DNA from: Veleropilina oligotropha
Lineage: Eukaryota
Reading direction: 5' to 3'
Assembly: GCA_048128005.1 (NCBI GenBank)
Contig: JBEUKZ010000129.1
Location: 1-64,000, forward strand
Length of the DNA: 64,000 bases
Shown: one piece after another, positions 1-13,559 of the stretch
Position numbering within the stretch: position 1 is the stretch's first letter
How the letters are laid out: the number at the start of each line of letters is the position of its first letter
The notes under the pieces: model-generated
What the model was told of the DNA's origin: nothing
Databases searched by the model: none
What the model saw: the letters and a program-made list of their open reading frames with translations, nothing else
Translations under genes and position numbers: made by a program

Positions 1-102
1 CGACGATGAAGGCCATCAAGTCTCCCAGGCCCTCACGAATATAGATGTACTGACCACCGGACTTGCCAATCATGGACCCGAGCTCAAAATAGCACAATGC
101 GC
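1..102 (-). CDS. SLC7/LAT-family amino-acid transporter, coding exon 3 (runs off window edge)
   Basis: AG acceptor at 104-103; translates (G)[33 protein letters not shown], matching the SLC7 GALCYAELG...KSGGxY motif. Confidence 0.93.
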
Positions 103-326
103 CTGCAATGTAATCAAATTAGAGAATCTCGAAATATACACAAAACGTATACGATGTACGTCCTGCTTTTAATTATTAATATAAAAATGAATTGATGTTT
201 AAACGTATACAAAACAAAGTAGGATGAAAATAGAAAGGAACCTTTGCATAATAAAGTCATGATACATGAGCACTCTTATCTCGTTTTTAGAGCGAAGACA
301 GGGTGGCATAATCCAATCACAGTTCG

Positions 327-668
327 CTGATTACCTATAATGCTTACCTATGATTGAGTATAAGCTGATTACCTATAATGCTTACCTATGATTGAGTATA
401 AGCTGATTACCTATAATGCTTACCTATGATTGAGTATAAGCTGATTACCTATAATGCTTACCTATGATTGAGTATAAGCTGATTACCTATAATGCTTACC
501 TATGATTGAGTATAAGCTGATTACCTATAATGCTTACCTATGATTGAGTATAAGCTGATTACCTATAATGCTTACCTACGATTGAGTATAAGCTGATTAC
601 CTATAATGCTTACCTATGATTGAGTATAAGCTGATTACCTATAATGCTTACCTATGATTGAGTATAAG
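327..668. repeat. 38-bp minisatellite, 9 copies, overlapping the exon 2 splice donor
   Basis: Unit ctgattacctataatgcttacctatgattgagtataag starts at 327, 365, 403, 441, 479, 517, 555, 593, 631; one substitution near 579. Confidence 0.97.
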
Positions 669-753
669 CCGCAAAATATCCATACCAACAAACTGGCTGC
701 TACGGAATGTGTGTTCTGTAAGATGCCCCTAGGAGATATAAATATTCCTGATC
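652..753 (-). CDS. SLC7/LAT-family amino-acid transporter, coding exon 2
   Basis: tttttAG acceptor, GTAAGC donor, 102 nt, phase 1-1; (G)[33 protein letters not shown](G) contains the [10 protein letters not shown]1 motif. Confidence 0.95.
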
Positions 754-1404
754 CTAAAAATCAATGAAATTGTCATGTGGGCGCAAAATGGAATCCACAG
801 CAAAATGTGTTGTCAGTCCCTGTTCTTAATAGCCCTGGTAAAGCTAACACAGGCTTAAATTTTAAGACGTAGTTAGTCCATTACCTGTTCTATCGTTCCA
901 TTTCATGACCATCAAATATGTGGTGAACAAAATATCATGATCGGCATTCACGATACTGATTCCGCTTCGTTACATAATTTACATTCGAAAAAAACTACAA
1001 ATGGGGAATTCATTTGATGATTCGCAAGTTAAAATGCAGCATACCGTATTCCAATTGTTCAGCTATAGACATAATTTTAGCTTGAACGGATACATTAGAA
1101 GTCATTAAATATAACTGGAAGTTCCGCTCCAATGTGAATCCGCATCGAGTGGATTGGCAATAAAGTTGTGGAGGTTCCCCCCAGTCGATTTCTTTAATTA
1201 TTACAAAATCATAGAATTAGTAACATATATGTATCGAATAGTTTTAAAATACGTTACATGCCATTAGTTGAAACTTTATGTTCTGATAATGTGTTGTTTT
1301 CGTTAAAATATAAATATATATATCGTTATGGTGGAAACTAATTTGACGCGATTTGACGCGGCAATTTTGATATAAAATGAACATCGAACAAATCATAGCC
1401 ACGG

Positions 1405-1448
1405 GCGTGCGTGCGTGCGTGGGTGGGTGGGTGGGTGGGTGGATGCGT

Positions 1449-1498
<50 letters not shown>
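1405..1498. repeat. (GCGT)n/(GGGT)n/(GT)n microsatellite
   Basis: Directly visible simple repeats. Confidence 0.95.
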
Positions 1499-1500
<2 letters not shown>

Positions 1501-1959
1501 AAATCCTTTAAAGTTTTCCATGCCAGTTACTATATATTATTTTCAGTGTCGCAATGCCAAAACTAATAAATAACAAAAATATCCTAAAAATATAAATATA
1601 TGAAAATATCACACTTGCAAATACCTTAGGGGCATCCATTGATCCATTGATTAAATTATTCAATCGAATTACAAGAAAGTCGTAATACACGTATTATTTA
1701 CAACAATAATTTCCTATGAAACATAAATATATGAAAATATCATACATGCAAACAGTTAATTAAGGAGCAGCGGATGGATTATTAAGTATGTTCTCTATAC
1801 AGGTAATCGTTTATATGTAATTAACGTAGGTAAACGCCTATATATAATTAAGTGTTCTCGTACGGATAATTACTATGGATACGCAGAGTAATACTGTAGA
1901 TCCACAAATATGTATCCATGATATGTTCTTTTCGTTTATAATCCCGATCCATGATTTAC

Positions 1960-2074
1960 CTATTACGGATCCCACAACGATGCTGATGCCTCCAATCAGT
2001 CCAACGGTTCGCTTCATGTTTACGGACTCCACCATGGTTTCGTCCACCGAATCAGCATTTTTCTTCCTCAACAT
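1960..2074 (-). CDS. SLC7/LAT-family amino-acid transporter, first coding exon
   Basis: ATG at 2074; MLRKKNADSVDETMVESVNMKRTVGLIGGISIVVGSVIG then GT donor at 1959; joins exon 2 in phase to give [13 protein letters not shown]. Confidence 0.92.
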
Positions 2075-2242
2075 TCCGATTTGTCGTTGTTTGTGAAAAT
2101 ATCGAAATGTCGATGATCAAAACCTATATAATGCAGAAATATTTTGTATATATGATTGTATTGCGTAGACGATGGCCTAGACATGTGATCAACATACGTT
2201 TTATTGCTTTTATTTATTCGTCTCGAATACTCACAAAACAAC

Positions 2243-2661
2243 CAGGCGCGGATCCAGGGGGGGGCGCACCCGGCGCGCGCCCCCCCTAAAGTTGGCCAAG
2301 CATACTAAAATAATATGTATATTCTGATGCAAATGACTTTCAGAACATTATAAATAGGCTGTTGCAATGTAATAATGCAGGAGGGGGGATTTCACATCGT
2401 TAATTGTCAAAATTTTCTTGCGCGTGGGCGGACAATTCGATTATGTCAAAATAAAATACAACTTTGACTCGTGCTATTTGAGTGACTGTGGTTCATAAAA
2501 AGTTAGAATGAAATATCGCTTTTGCCCAGTCAGAGTGCAGGAGAGGGGGTTTCAGGCTGTTGATTCTCAAAATTGTCTTTCGCGTGGGGCCCCGCCCCCA
2601 CGCGAACAGTTGATAGTAAATTCAGCGCCCCCCCTAAACGAAATTCCTGGATCCGCGCCTG
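2243..2661. mobile_element. Non-autonomous TIR DNA transposon (MITE, hAT-like termini) just upstream of the SLC7 ATG
   Basis: TIR CAGGCGCGGATCCAGG / CCTGGATCCGCGCCTG; flanking direct repeat ACAAC at 2238-2242 and 2662-2666. Confidence 0.88.
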
Positions 2662-2902
2662 ACAACTGCCTGTTAAACAACCCCCTCGTAATCTTTCTGG
2701 TGTAAACTTTAATCAAAATTTCTACATCCACAAGAACCACGTTCTTGCATTATATGTACTAATTATATTTTAACGATCAACGGTTAATATTTTACTCTTA
2801 AAAATAGTGCACTTCCAAAATTGAAAATTACAATAGAATAACACGGTTGCCGATTAACTGTTAAGATACAATGTAATGCAGTGTATTTGAAAAATAACAG
2901 TA

Positions 2903-3378
2903 TTGCATCCCCGGACAATAGTCGAGGGTATTATAGTTTAGTCATCGATCGCCCACCCTACAGTAAAAAGTTCTAATCCAATTTGATTCAAATATGGTGT
3001 GCATGTTAGTTATGATGAGGACACGCCACCTAACTATTTTCGTCGTTTTCAGATTCAATTAAGATGGCCATTTTGTTTGGAGAGATTTTGTTGTGCGCGC
3101 TCTACAATGAAAAATTTAATTCGATTTGATTCAAATTTGTTATGCGCGTTAATTATAATGAGAACACGTCGTCGTTTTTGGATTCAAGATGGTTGCCTTG
3201 GCGGCCATTTTCTTTGAAGAAATTTCTTGTGCACGCTCTACATTTAAAAGTTATTATCCGATTTGATCCAAATTTGATTTACACGTTTGTTATGATAAGA
3301 ACACGACGCTTATCGATTTTAGCTGCCGTGGGAGGGGATGCACCCCTCGACATGCTGGGTCGATGATTTGCTAGTTTT
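2903..3378 (+). mobile_element. Helentron-associated (HINE/DINE-1-like) non-autonomous element
   Basis: Subterminal inverted repeat tgcatcccc/ggggatgca, internal ~120-bp tandem units, 3' hairpin followed by ctagtttt. Confidence 0.6.
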
Positions 3379-3744
3379 AATCTTCGCTACGAACATAACA
3401 TAACAATACGAACGTTTTGGTTACGCTAGCAGTCTCTTCTTTGTTTACGTTTATTGAATATATTCCTTTGGGTCTGTATAATTCTACTTCTGTTCTGGAG
3501 ATGCAGACAATACCGAAATTATACCCAAATCATGTCAATGTCGTATTATTGATTAATAATTAGTCACTGCTATTGCATAAAAATTGTCTTAGGCTAAATA
3601 ATTATTCCATTGTTTGATTCATTGATGATATCTCACTTCGTCCATTTTCTGAATGCAATAAAATGGTGCAGCGCATTGATAGTGATGTCGTTTTATTAAC
3701 GAATGAAATCGTGTGATCTTGAGTACTAACTCTGAAAATACTGG

Positions 3745-3905
3745 TTTGACTTCTCAGACAAGCAAGAGTGCGTTCGAATCTCTGTTTGGACAACGGCATT
3801 CTCTGAGGCCGGGTTTCTTGGGCGACTGGGATTTCCTCCCGTGATACTATGGACTTGTCGGGTTTAAACGTGAAGGCTGTAAATATACAGGACATGAAGC
3901 ATCTG
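3745..3905 (+). mobile_element. tRNA-derived SINE family A fragment
   Basis: B-box gttcgaatc followed by body ggcgactgggatttcctcccg...aatatacaggacat shared with copies near 10715, 12780 and 36690. Confidence 0.6.
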
Positions 3906-5784
3906 TCCAATCCAATCCCAGTAGCCGAGTGGGTTGTAGTACCGACACTAGTAAAGTTCCTGACCATGATCACCGACAGCTCAACGTATTTGAATGAGAT
4001 CGATCTGCCTTTATCTGACAGTTATTATTAAGGATGAGAGATACATTGTTTTACTCAGCGGTCTCCTTTCCTCTCTCCTCCTCCCCATTTCTTGTTCCTT
4101 TGGAATGTCACCCATCGCCCTATCATGCCATTGTGCATAGCGATAAAATTTCCGAAAACGACCTTTCACCTTGATGCAATGACCTTTTACCCTCAAAATT
4201 TGTCCGGACTGGTTCTCTGAAATTTGAAATCATATCGATCTAATTTATTTGCGGATTCATTGGCCCACACTTGTAATCATAGACAGGGTTAATCCAAAGA
4301 AAAAATGCCATTTTTTTCATTTCAAGATTTCTCAGTGGTTCCATTATCCTGGACTCTTACTATTTTAAACAAGTTTTCTGGCTACAAGAATTTTGCGTCA
4401 AATCCAAGATGGCAATCAAAATCCTGACTGCCACAATTACCTTAATTAGATATCTAATGCCTAATCAAAATTGTTTATTTCAAAGTTTCTTCAGTGGTTC
4501 TATTATTTTTAACATACACGCTCACATATGATTATGAAAATACCATTGGCTATGCCCCACAACTTAGAGTGATAGTGGTCACTTTGTGAGCGATCACCAT
4601 TGGTCTTGCTCGAGTGGCATTGTTTGATCACTTGACAAGCATATTGCATTGCAGATACGTGAATGTGCTTTATGCTTACCAAGTACTAGTAGGTCAATCA
4701 ACTCTTCCGAATTGAGGAGCCATTTCATGGATTCTATTTGGGAATCTTACGACGATTGTGCCATTTTTGGTCAAGTCAGCTTCTCGCCGTACGCGCCTTT
4801 GAAGTATAGCTGCTGAATACATAACAGCATTTAATCCACCAGGTTGCATTACGAGACGCTTACCAAATACATGAAAATCAATGGAATCCCCAAATTTCTC
4901 GATCAATTTTTGCTTTATAGTAAATCGTGAAGGACGTCAGGTCAATGCCTCATAATCTTGGCTCGTATATTTAACCTCTTCTAGTACCTTTGGCAACAGT
5001 TAGGCTTCATGATCCTTGATCACTTTACGGTGAAAAATCCGGAAAAACTTATCCATAACTTCTGACGTGTGGTGGTAAATACCAACTACGTAATAAACTC
5101 AAACGCTTTGTTTGGTACTTGTTCTCCTCATATTCAAGTTATTTTAAATTTGCTGACATTGTATGTCGTTATGTTGCAATTAACAGGGAAGTGAAAGTTT
5201 CATATAGAATCTTGAAACTAGTGTTTATTGATGTTTTTAGATCACATAGAACTCAAAATCACCTTTTCCCAATTTTTTCGTTTATGTCCAGGGGCAAAAT
5301 CCAAGATGGCGGCCAGGATATATAAAAAAATCATGAATTCGCTGTGTTTTATCATTTTATTCAATATATGCATAATTTTAGCGTAATATGGAAATTCTTT
5401 TGATTGTGTAATATTTTAATATACCTAGGCTTATGCAAATCACACTGTCTACAATATTTGCATGCATATCTATTGCCAAAATCCAAGATGGCGTCCATCA
5501 ATAATCGAAAAATATCAGGACATCGTTATTCCTGAATCATTTATTCACATACATGTGTAATGATAATAATTTATTTTAGAATACTATTACAATTCTATAT
5601 CTACATAGCTTTGCTAAGTTTTTTAAGAAACAGTGTCTTCAATGCTTTAGAGCTAATATCCATGAACTAAATTCAAGATAGCGACCATCATATACCACAA
5701 AATCGTTAGGTCAGATCCTTTTACTACAATACTGTACAATGTTAATCTACTTCTGTAAATTTATCTAGGCATGTTATGTGTTTA

Positions 5785-5905
5785 AGTAATAGATAATACA
5801 CTGCCAGCCCGAGCGTTATATACACATAACTGGCAGAGTGAGAACGAGGCTGTTATGTTTATAACGCCAAGGGGTGGCAGCTGTATTATGTGTTATACAC
5901 ATCGT
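5785..5905 (+). repeat. Long imperfect palindrome at the end of a hairpin-type non-autonomous element
   Basis: ataatacactgccagcccgagcgttata ... tataacgccaaggggtggcagctgtattat; downstream gcaagctgtaaccccttaaaa is also found at ~30677. Confidence 0.7.
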
Positions 5906-8900
5906 GGAAATCTATTGTAAATTGCAAGCTGTAACCCCTTAAAACATTCAATGAGGAACCGGCGGAACTAATCCGACAGATGGCGCCACTGGGAAGTAGG
6001 TTATCCGGTTCACGACCAATGCTACATTAGCACTGTTGGTCGTTTTGTGTTAACTAAAATATTCCAAATACTTACATTTTATTTATTCATTTACGATGGA
6101 TGGCAGTGCGTCCAAAACTCTGTTGGAGTTAAAAACTATGCTTAGAGACGCATATTGTAGCATAGGCCTAAGATATTTTGCGGATTACAGTAATTTACTC
6201 ATACATTAAATCACCATAAAGTAACGCAAATATATTACATATATATAACTAAATATAAAAAATGACTACTTATTTTGATAAATGAAATATAGATATGTCC
6301 ATTCAAATCAAAACGAATGACATGGTTGAATGGACCAAATATATATTTCATATGCTTTAATAAGTAGTTATTTGTGAATATTTAGGTATATGTAATGTAT
6401 TTGTGTTGCTTTCATGGTGTTTAGTGGTGATTTTATACGAAAAGCGCAAAATATCATACAATACGCAAGTTCGCGGAAATCCGATAGTATCACTCGTTTT
6501 GATTTGAATGGAAATTTATGTTTCATTTGGCAAAATAAGTAGTCATTCTTTATATTTATAGTTATATGTAATATATTTGCGCTGCTTTCATGGTGTTTAA
6601 TGGTGATTTAATGTATGAGTAATCCGCAAAATAACTTAGGCCTATGCTACAATACGCGGAATGCGGCAATTTTACGGAAATCTGATGTTAGTCGTTATGA
6701 TTTGAATGGGCCAAATCTAAGTTTCATATTTCCAAAAATGTACTTGCTTGTGTATATTTAGTTGTATGTAATGCATTTACGTTGCCTTCATCGTGTTTAT
6801 TAGTGATTTTTTTTCGATCAAAAATTACTTTAAATATATAAGACATAGCCTAATATGCGTTTCGTCGAAAAATCGATGTGGACCAAGGGACGAACAAATA
6901 TCGCTTTTATCGTTATCGGATTGACTTTTCTTCTCTAATGAAGCAAGTGGGGCCAAGATAAATATGTAATGCATTGCATGATAAGTACGTTTCCTTTATT
7001 ACCGTTTTTGCTGGTAGGTGAAATGCGATTCGAAGCGGGGCATGTGAATAACCGGAAAAATTGCAGATGGCTGCCCTCTATTATATTATACGTAATCAGT
7101 GGGTGGGTAGCAAGGATTTCGCTCATATTTTTGATTTGCCCGTGTTTGCATACTGTGGACCATTTTGATGGATTCCATTGTTTTCACCACGTTTTTACGG
7201 CGATAATCCACTTCTTTCTCATTTCCTGGTCGCTAGGGAAACGATGGCCTCCATTCCCACTACATCTGCGAACCGAACAGTGAACTGGCATTGTGTTTAC
7301 CTATTCAAGTTATTCATTCAGGTGGACAAGACACGTTGAAAAACAAAGCCGGTTTGAATATATTACAAAGGAACACTATTTACAGACGGCCTTATGACAT
7401 GACCTACTGTTGCGCGCGACATCTAGCGGCAGCTGTGGAGTGCCGGTTCCTCATTGCCCACCATATCGCCTTCTAAAGCATGATTTGAGAGTCGACTCTT
7501 CCATTGGCAACTTGTCACATCTATTGTCGCTCAAATTAGTGCGGTCAGTTAGTCGAGTTAACCATTGCCTGGAAACAATGAGTCAATTAACACCAGGAGA
7601 CCTATTTTTCACATAACCAACCCCATGGTGTGTATATAACATGAAGGAAAACAAAATGGTGTCCATACATATATCAAAGTTATGCTTGTGCCTAGTATTT
7701 GGGTATGTGTGCTAGAAGCTCTTAGGTTAATTACTAATTAGATTACAGTATATACGTATGATATTCTATATTGTGAATGTTTAACAGTTAATCATAACAG
7801 AAAACGACAGGTTCGATAACTGCCACATTATTAGTCATCATCATCACTCTCCGTCTCCTCAGTTGCAATATTGTTGCACGACCCTTCAGCGCTCTCACAT
7901 TTGCAAAGCTCTGTGCGTGTCAGATTATTGATCCGATGATTTTGCTGACAAGACAAGAACATCTTACATTTAGCGCGATAATCGACATACGTTGGACAAT
8001 TGTAACGAGTATAGTTGTCCAGTATATCGTTTTATAGGTTTTTTGGATCACTGAAATCATTGAAGGATTAAAAACATGAACATTAATCCAATTTAGGTAT
8101 AATTGGTACCATGTGCATGGTGCTGCAAACCCCAAAATCGCCAATGAATGGTAATCGATTATTTACACAACATTTGTTTCAGATAGTCTAATATTGGTTA
8201 TATATTTACTTTTGATTAATTTAATAAGAGCTAAGAGGACCTACATTCGATGACGTCATTACGAGAGACAACCAGGACATCTAAGCTTCCTTGATCTGCA
8301 GTTCCAAATATTATCCCAAGTCATGATCCTTTCCATGTAATTATCTGTGCCTTACCATGTCTTTGAGCGACTCCTGAGAGCAGCGGCCTTGAAGCATAGA
8401 TTGAAGCATGTATGTACAGCCTACCGTCATTATAGTACAAATATTGAATGAAAAGCTCCAAAGCAGAGCCTTGAATTCTCACCACATTACTCCGCAATTG
8501 ATATTTGACTTGTGGATTGATACATTCTTTAAACAACATTCAGTGCTACACTACACATTGACATCTGCACAAGAAGATATGAGAACAGTATTTCAAAATA
8601 GGCTGGATATAGCTCAAGCTTATGGTGAATTGGTCAACTTGGCATCTAATATGATTCTGATGAAAACGTTGGAAGAATACGACATTGATAACGAGAAGTA
8701 CCCAATGTACAAGTGAGCCCGAATGTAGATGGGACTCTGACAACTCGGTAATCTGTAATCCAGTTCATGCGAGGTACCCAATGATCATAATTAGCTCTTG
8801 TACCTTGCCTTGTTGGGTGTACCTCTACTTCTTCGCATGAAACATGAATGACTATGCACAGCACATTCCTGAATGCATCACACACACATATCACCTGGAA

Positions 8901-10714
8901 AGCAGCCATCCTTCGATACGGCAAAACTTAAGAGTGGTGACCTTGTCCTCAGTACCAACCCTTTGCTTTCACAACCATTGGATCTGATTTCAAATATTTC
9001 CTTGAGCTCCCCCGAACTAGCAAGGCTGGTTGACAAAACCGGGCGTATGCTGAACATAATGGATTCCAGCCCAAATAAGCATTACCAACATTCTGCGTGA
9101 CAGGAAAAGGCCGTGAGACAACCAAATGATGTGGCGCGCATCGCAAACCGTTGAATACAGCATAACATGACGATGAATCTTACATGAAGTTGGCCAACTT
9201 TGTCACCAAGCGGATAATGCCAGCGGTATTGAAGCGTGGTATTTGGACAAAGGGGTACGGAGAAGCACGGCACTTGCAAAATATGTTTATGAGAGGGCCA
9301 ATGGAAAGACCATGTGCGAAACGTCCAAAGATCAAGTGTCTGACTTGGGAAGGTGGATGCAAACGTATCAGACAGAAGGCGTCCTCCAAAGTAATCGGCT
9401 TGAAAGAACACACTCTCAAGAGAACTGGACATGCAGGAAATTGTGGTAACACATAATTATGTCAATTACAATGGAAGCCTAATGATGTCAGATGGGTCTC
9501 TCATACCCACTACAAGCAAGTAAACCCTCATTCATGAACTGTAAGGTGTGGTGTCGATGACAGGAACCACCGAAGAGTCCATAGAAGTGCCGAGTAACAT
9601 ACGTTAATCAGCACATGTCTTCATCAGCATTGCCGTAGTGCAGGAGAAAGGTGACATAAAGTGTTGACGAGACCTGTGAGAATGTTTGACAGCAAGTCGC
9701 GAGGCTACTGTGACATGTATTTGTTATTTGACAACTGTACTATCAAAAACTCCATGCAGGACAGAACGAGGTAGCTCCGTACAGCAAGAAGAGCACAAGA
9801 CGAGGGACACGCAAAATAGAAGATTCCACACTTATCAAATAGTTCAATGTACTAGTATTTTGAGGAACCAATGAAATCAAAGCCTATGTCGTCTTCTACC
9901 GTACATAAAAATATGTCCAGATGTTCCCTTTCCCTTGATTTGACCAGAAGATAGTTGTATTTACTAGATGACGACGTAGTGGTCCTAAGACGTTCAAAGT
10001 TCCACATGCACCAGATGCTGTCATGGACCTCGTGAGATGTTCTTGTCTTGTCAGCAAAATCATCGGATCAATTATCTGGCATGCACAGAGCTTTGCAAAT
10101 GTGAAGGTGCCGAAGGGTCGTGCAACAACATTGCAACTCAGGAGACGGAGAGTGGTGATGATTATGACTATTAATGTGGCAGTTATCGAACCTGTCGTTT
10201 TCTGTTATGATTAACTGTTAAATATTCACAATATAGTATACCATACGTGTATACTGTAATCTAATTAGTAATTAGCTTAACAGCTTGTAACATACAGTAT
10301 GGTAATAAATGGGTCAGACCTAACGATATCTTGTTTTTCTTATTCTAATACAAATTACTATCATTACACATGTATGTGAATGAATGATTCAGAAATAACG
10401 AAATCTTGGATTTTGGCAATATATATGCATAAAAACATTGTAGACAGTGTGTTTTTTATAAGCCTAGGTATATAAAATGTTTTGCAATAAAAAAACATTT
10501 TCATATTAAGGTGAAATTATACATATATTGAGAAAAATGGTTCAAACGTAGCGATTCTTGATTTTTAGGTATATCCTGGCCGCCATCTTGAAATGAAAAA
10601 AGTGGTAACAGCTTATTTTGTATTCAGTATGATACTAGAAAGTGAAAGATCACAAGTTTCCAAATTCTATATGAACTGTTCACTAAATACACGACATACA
10701 CGACACGAACAGTA

Positions 10715-10895
10715 GTGGGTTCGATCTTCGGTTGAGACATGACATTATTTGTTCAGTTATGCATCACAGTTCTCTGTAACTGGTCAGATGGGGCAGTTTA
10801 CCCCGGGCGACCGGGCTTTCCTCACTCGATAATATGGAAATGCCCTGCTTTGAACTTAATGGTGGTTGGATATATACATGACATTAAGCATATAT
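10715..10895 (+). mobile_element. tRNA-derived SINE family A copy
   Basis: ggttcgatc B-box plus shared SINE body and end gacattaagcat. Confidence 0.65.
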
Positions 10896-11308
10896 CATTT
10901 CCTTTACGTTTCTGTGTCGAATCCCTGTGTAACCGTGTATGGTTGATGTATGAATTACAACGTACTTGGACTATAAGACTATATAATACAATGCATGCCA
11001 TGTCCCTAACAACGTAACAATTCGGTTAATAATTCAAATGTTGTCCTTCGATACTTTGAAAACGTACAAAACTACAACTCTAGGTGTTGCTTACAAAGAG
11101 AAAACAATGATATTAAATAATGAAAAAAAAATCTGTATTTCAGGTGCAAAATTCAGAAACCCAGATTTCTGAGAAAGATTAATTATAGGGAACAAATAAG
11201 AGGCATTGCTAATGTAATGAAGGTACTTTCGACGATCATTTTGTATTTTTGCGGCCTTCTTGGAGTTGAGATCAAATCCTGGGTTTAAATTTTAAGCCTT
11301 AGAATAAG

Positions 11309-11388
11309 CCAGGCCGGAGCTTGAACCAACATCCTACCGTCCCACATAACGTTTTTCCAACGCTCTAACCAGTTGAGCTATCGAGGAC
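11309..11388 (-). mobile_element. tRNA-like SINE head
   Basis: Minus strand has A-box tagctcaactggttagagcg and B-box ggttcaagctcc but no proper anticodon arm. Confidence 0.55.
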
Positions 11389-12779
11389 GGTCCCAAACCT
11401 TAATTCATAGGTTATAAGTTCAGGATGATAGAATTACTGAAAAAACCTTGAATTTTTTTTGAGGCAGTATATATCTAATAAGGCAATATTGGCGGCCATT
11501 TTTTGTCCATCTTGGATTTGAGATCAATCCTGGGTAGTCCACTGGCTAATATTAATTGAAATTGGTGCAGAATGACGAAACCACTGAAAAAACCCTTGAA
11601 ATAAACAAATTTAGGCTGCATATATCTAATTAAGGTAAGTTTGGCGGCCACTTTGAATTTGGGAACACACATGAGTGGGTGGTACTCAAACTAAATTCAT
11701 AGCGTAGGCTATAGGTTCAAGATGATAGAACCATTGAAAAAAATCTTGAAATAAACAACTTTGAGGCAGCAAGATACCTAATTAAGGTAATATTGGCAGC
11801 CATTTTTTATTTTAGCACCCAAGCTAATTTTAAATGGTAAGGATTCAGACTGCGGAATCACTGAGAAAACCTTGATAGTTTGATTGAATTGGTATTTAAC
11901 GACCATGAGAACAATATTTGTCATAATCGGGTTGATAGACTTTGATATTTGAAGGATATTTCCTTATTAAATAAGAGACATATACAATGAAATCAATATA
12001 AATATAAACTTTCTGTCAGCAGATTTGTAAAATTAAAAGCGTTAAAGTTTGTAAAATATGTTAGCTTCTTTTAAAAAAGGAAAAATTACATCAATTTTTA
12101 AATTTCTAAATAGTTGCTAAATATTTTTGACGTATTGGGACTAAATCAACACATTCCAATAATACGTTTGAAGCACAAAGAATGGATTAATATGGTGGCT
12201 CCCCTTCCAGCAGGCAGGAGTGGGTGAAGTCTAAATGTTCAATTCGCAGTATGGTCAAGACGACATTTTCACGGATTAGGGACCTGTAGGACAGGTCCCC
12301 TTCACCAAGAAGAGGTCGGAAACCGTAATAGGAAAAATTGGTAGATTTTCCTTGGATAAGTCATGTCTATCAAGGATCAAGAAAGACGTTAAAATTTAGC
12401 ACTTTTGACCATTCACCTATACTAGGCACTTGCTAAAACAATTATATGTCATTGTTTTTTAACAAACTTGAAGCCAAATTATTCCTGAGGGACAGTACAT
12501 TGTATAACAATGTTCAGTTTTGTTCGTCGGTCGAAGGTCAAGGCCACAGAGGTCAAAATGTAGTTTTCTGATACAGACTTTGTCCAGCCTGTATCTCTGG
12601 CACTATAAATGACAGAATGATTTATTTTGTATGTCCCCCCCCCCCCCGCCTCTCATTACTTATCCTGATGCATGGCGGAGAAATATTCATAAAATTACCT
12701 TTGACCTTGCTATAATGACCCGTAAATCTTGTCTCGGAGATTTTGCATCATATCCTTGTAATTTCTTTGTATGTGTATA

Positions 12780-12925
12780 ACCGTTCAAGTTATGAAGCAC
12801 AGTTGTCCGTGACTGGCCGATGAGGGCGGGTTTACCCGGCGACCGGGGTTTCCTCCCGCGATAACACGGACATGTCCTGCCTTGAACCTCGATGTTATAA
12901 ATATACAGGACATTAAGCATAATTC
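12780..12925 (+). mobile_element. SINE family A 3' fragment
   Basis: gggtttacccggcgaccggggtttcctcccgcgataa...aatatacaggacattaagcat. Confidence 0.65.
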
Positions 12926-13559
12926 CTCCTCCTCATCCTATGTGTATAACCCAAACAATAAACATGTAATTGGGTATTTTATATTTCATTGGTTTATCGA
13001 AAACATTAGCCAGATTTTTTCTTCACAGCATTGCTAAATAACTAAAATTGCATTATTAGAGGGAGCTATTAGTTTTTGTTCATACAAAACAACTCCTCTA
13101 GTTTAACTTTAAATTGTTCAGACACAGAAGTACATATGATAACAAAACTAATTAAATATGGTAACCCAAAATCACACAATGTTTAATCTTTGCGCAATAT
13201 GTAAAAAAATAATAAAATTACAATTATATTATTTGTACAGATGCTGACAATATGATGCTAATAATAAATATTCAGGAAACAAAAATAGCAAAGTAATTTC
13301 TAAACTATGCTAGATTGTATAAACAACTATTGTACATAGCATGTCGCATACCTCTTCCTATAGTCTTGCTTGCTAGTAGCGTTACGTTTCCGCTGTTTGG
13401 TCGCTGCTGGCTGATAACTATTACCCAAGCACACGTTATTTAATACATAATGATCGCCCATGCCATGCGCTGATATTTGTATATTGGTAATTGAATATGT
13501 CAATTGTGTGTTATAAGTTGTCCCACTAGGACAGTTAATCTGTTTTGACAGTTTTCTTG

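Larger units (their letters stand above)
4285..11880. mobile_element. Large degenerate DNA transposon with long inverted arms, with nested insertions
   Basis: 7720-7967 is the reverse complement of 10032-10290; ~5150-5720 mirrors ~10310-10700; ~4300-4510 mirrors repeats at ~11200-11880 (ccaagatggc, ttaattagatat units); decayed ORF fragments inside; outer boundaries approximate. Confidence 0.55.

Noticed and set aside
327..668. Regular 38-bp repeats resembling a CRISPR array
   Set aside because: Head-to-tail identical units with no unique spacers, no cas genes, and a eukaryotic intron context
11309..11388. Possible tRNA gene
   Set aside because: A and B boxes are present but there is no coherent anticodon or acceptor stem; better explained as a SINE head
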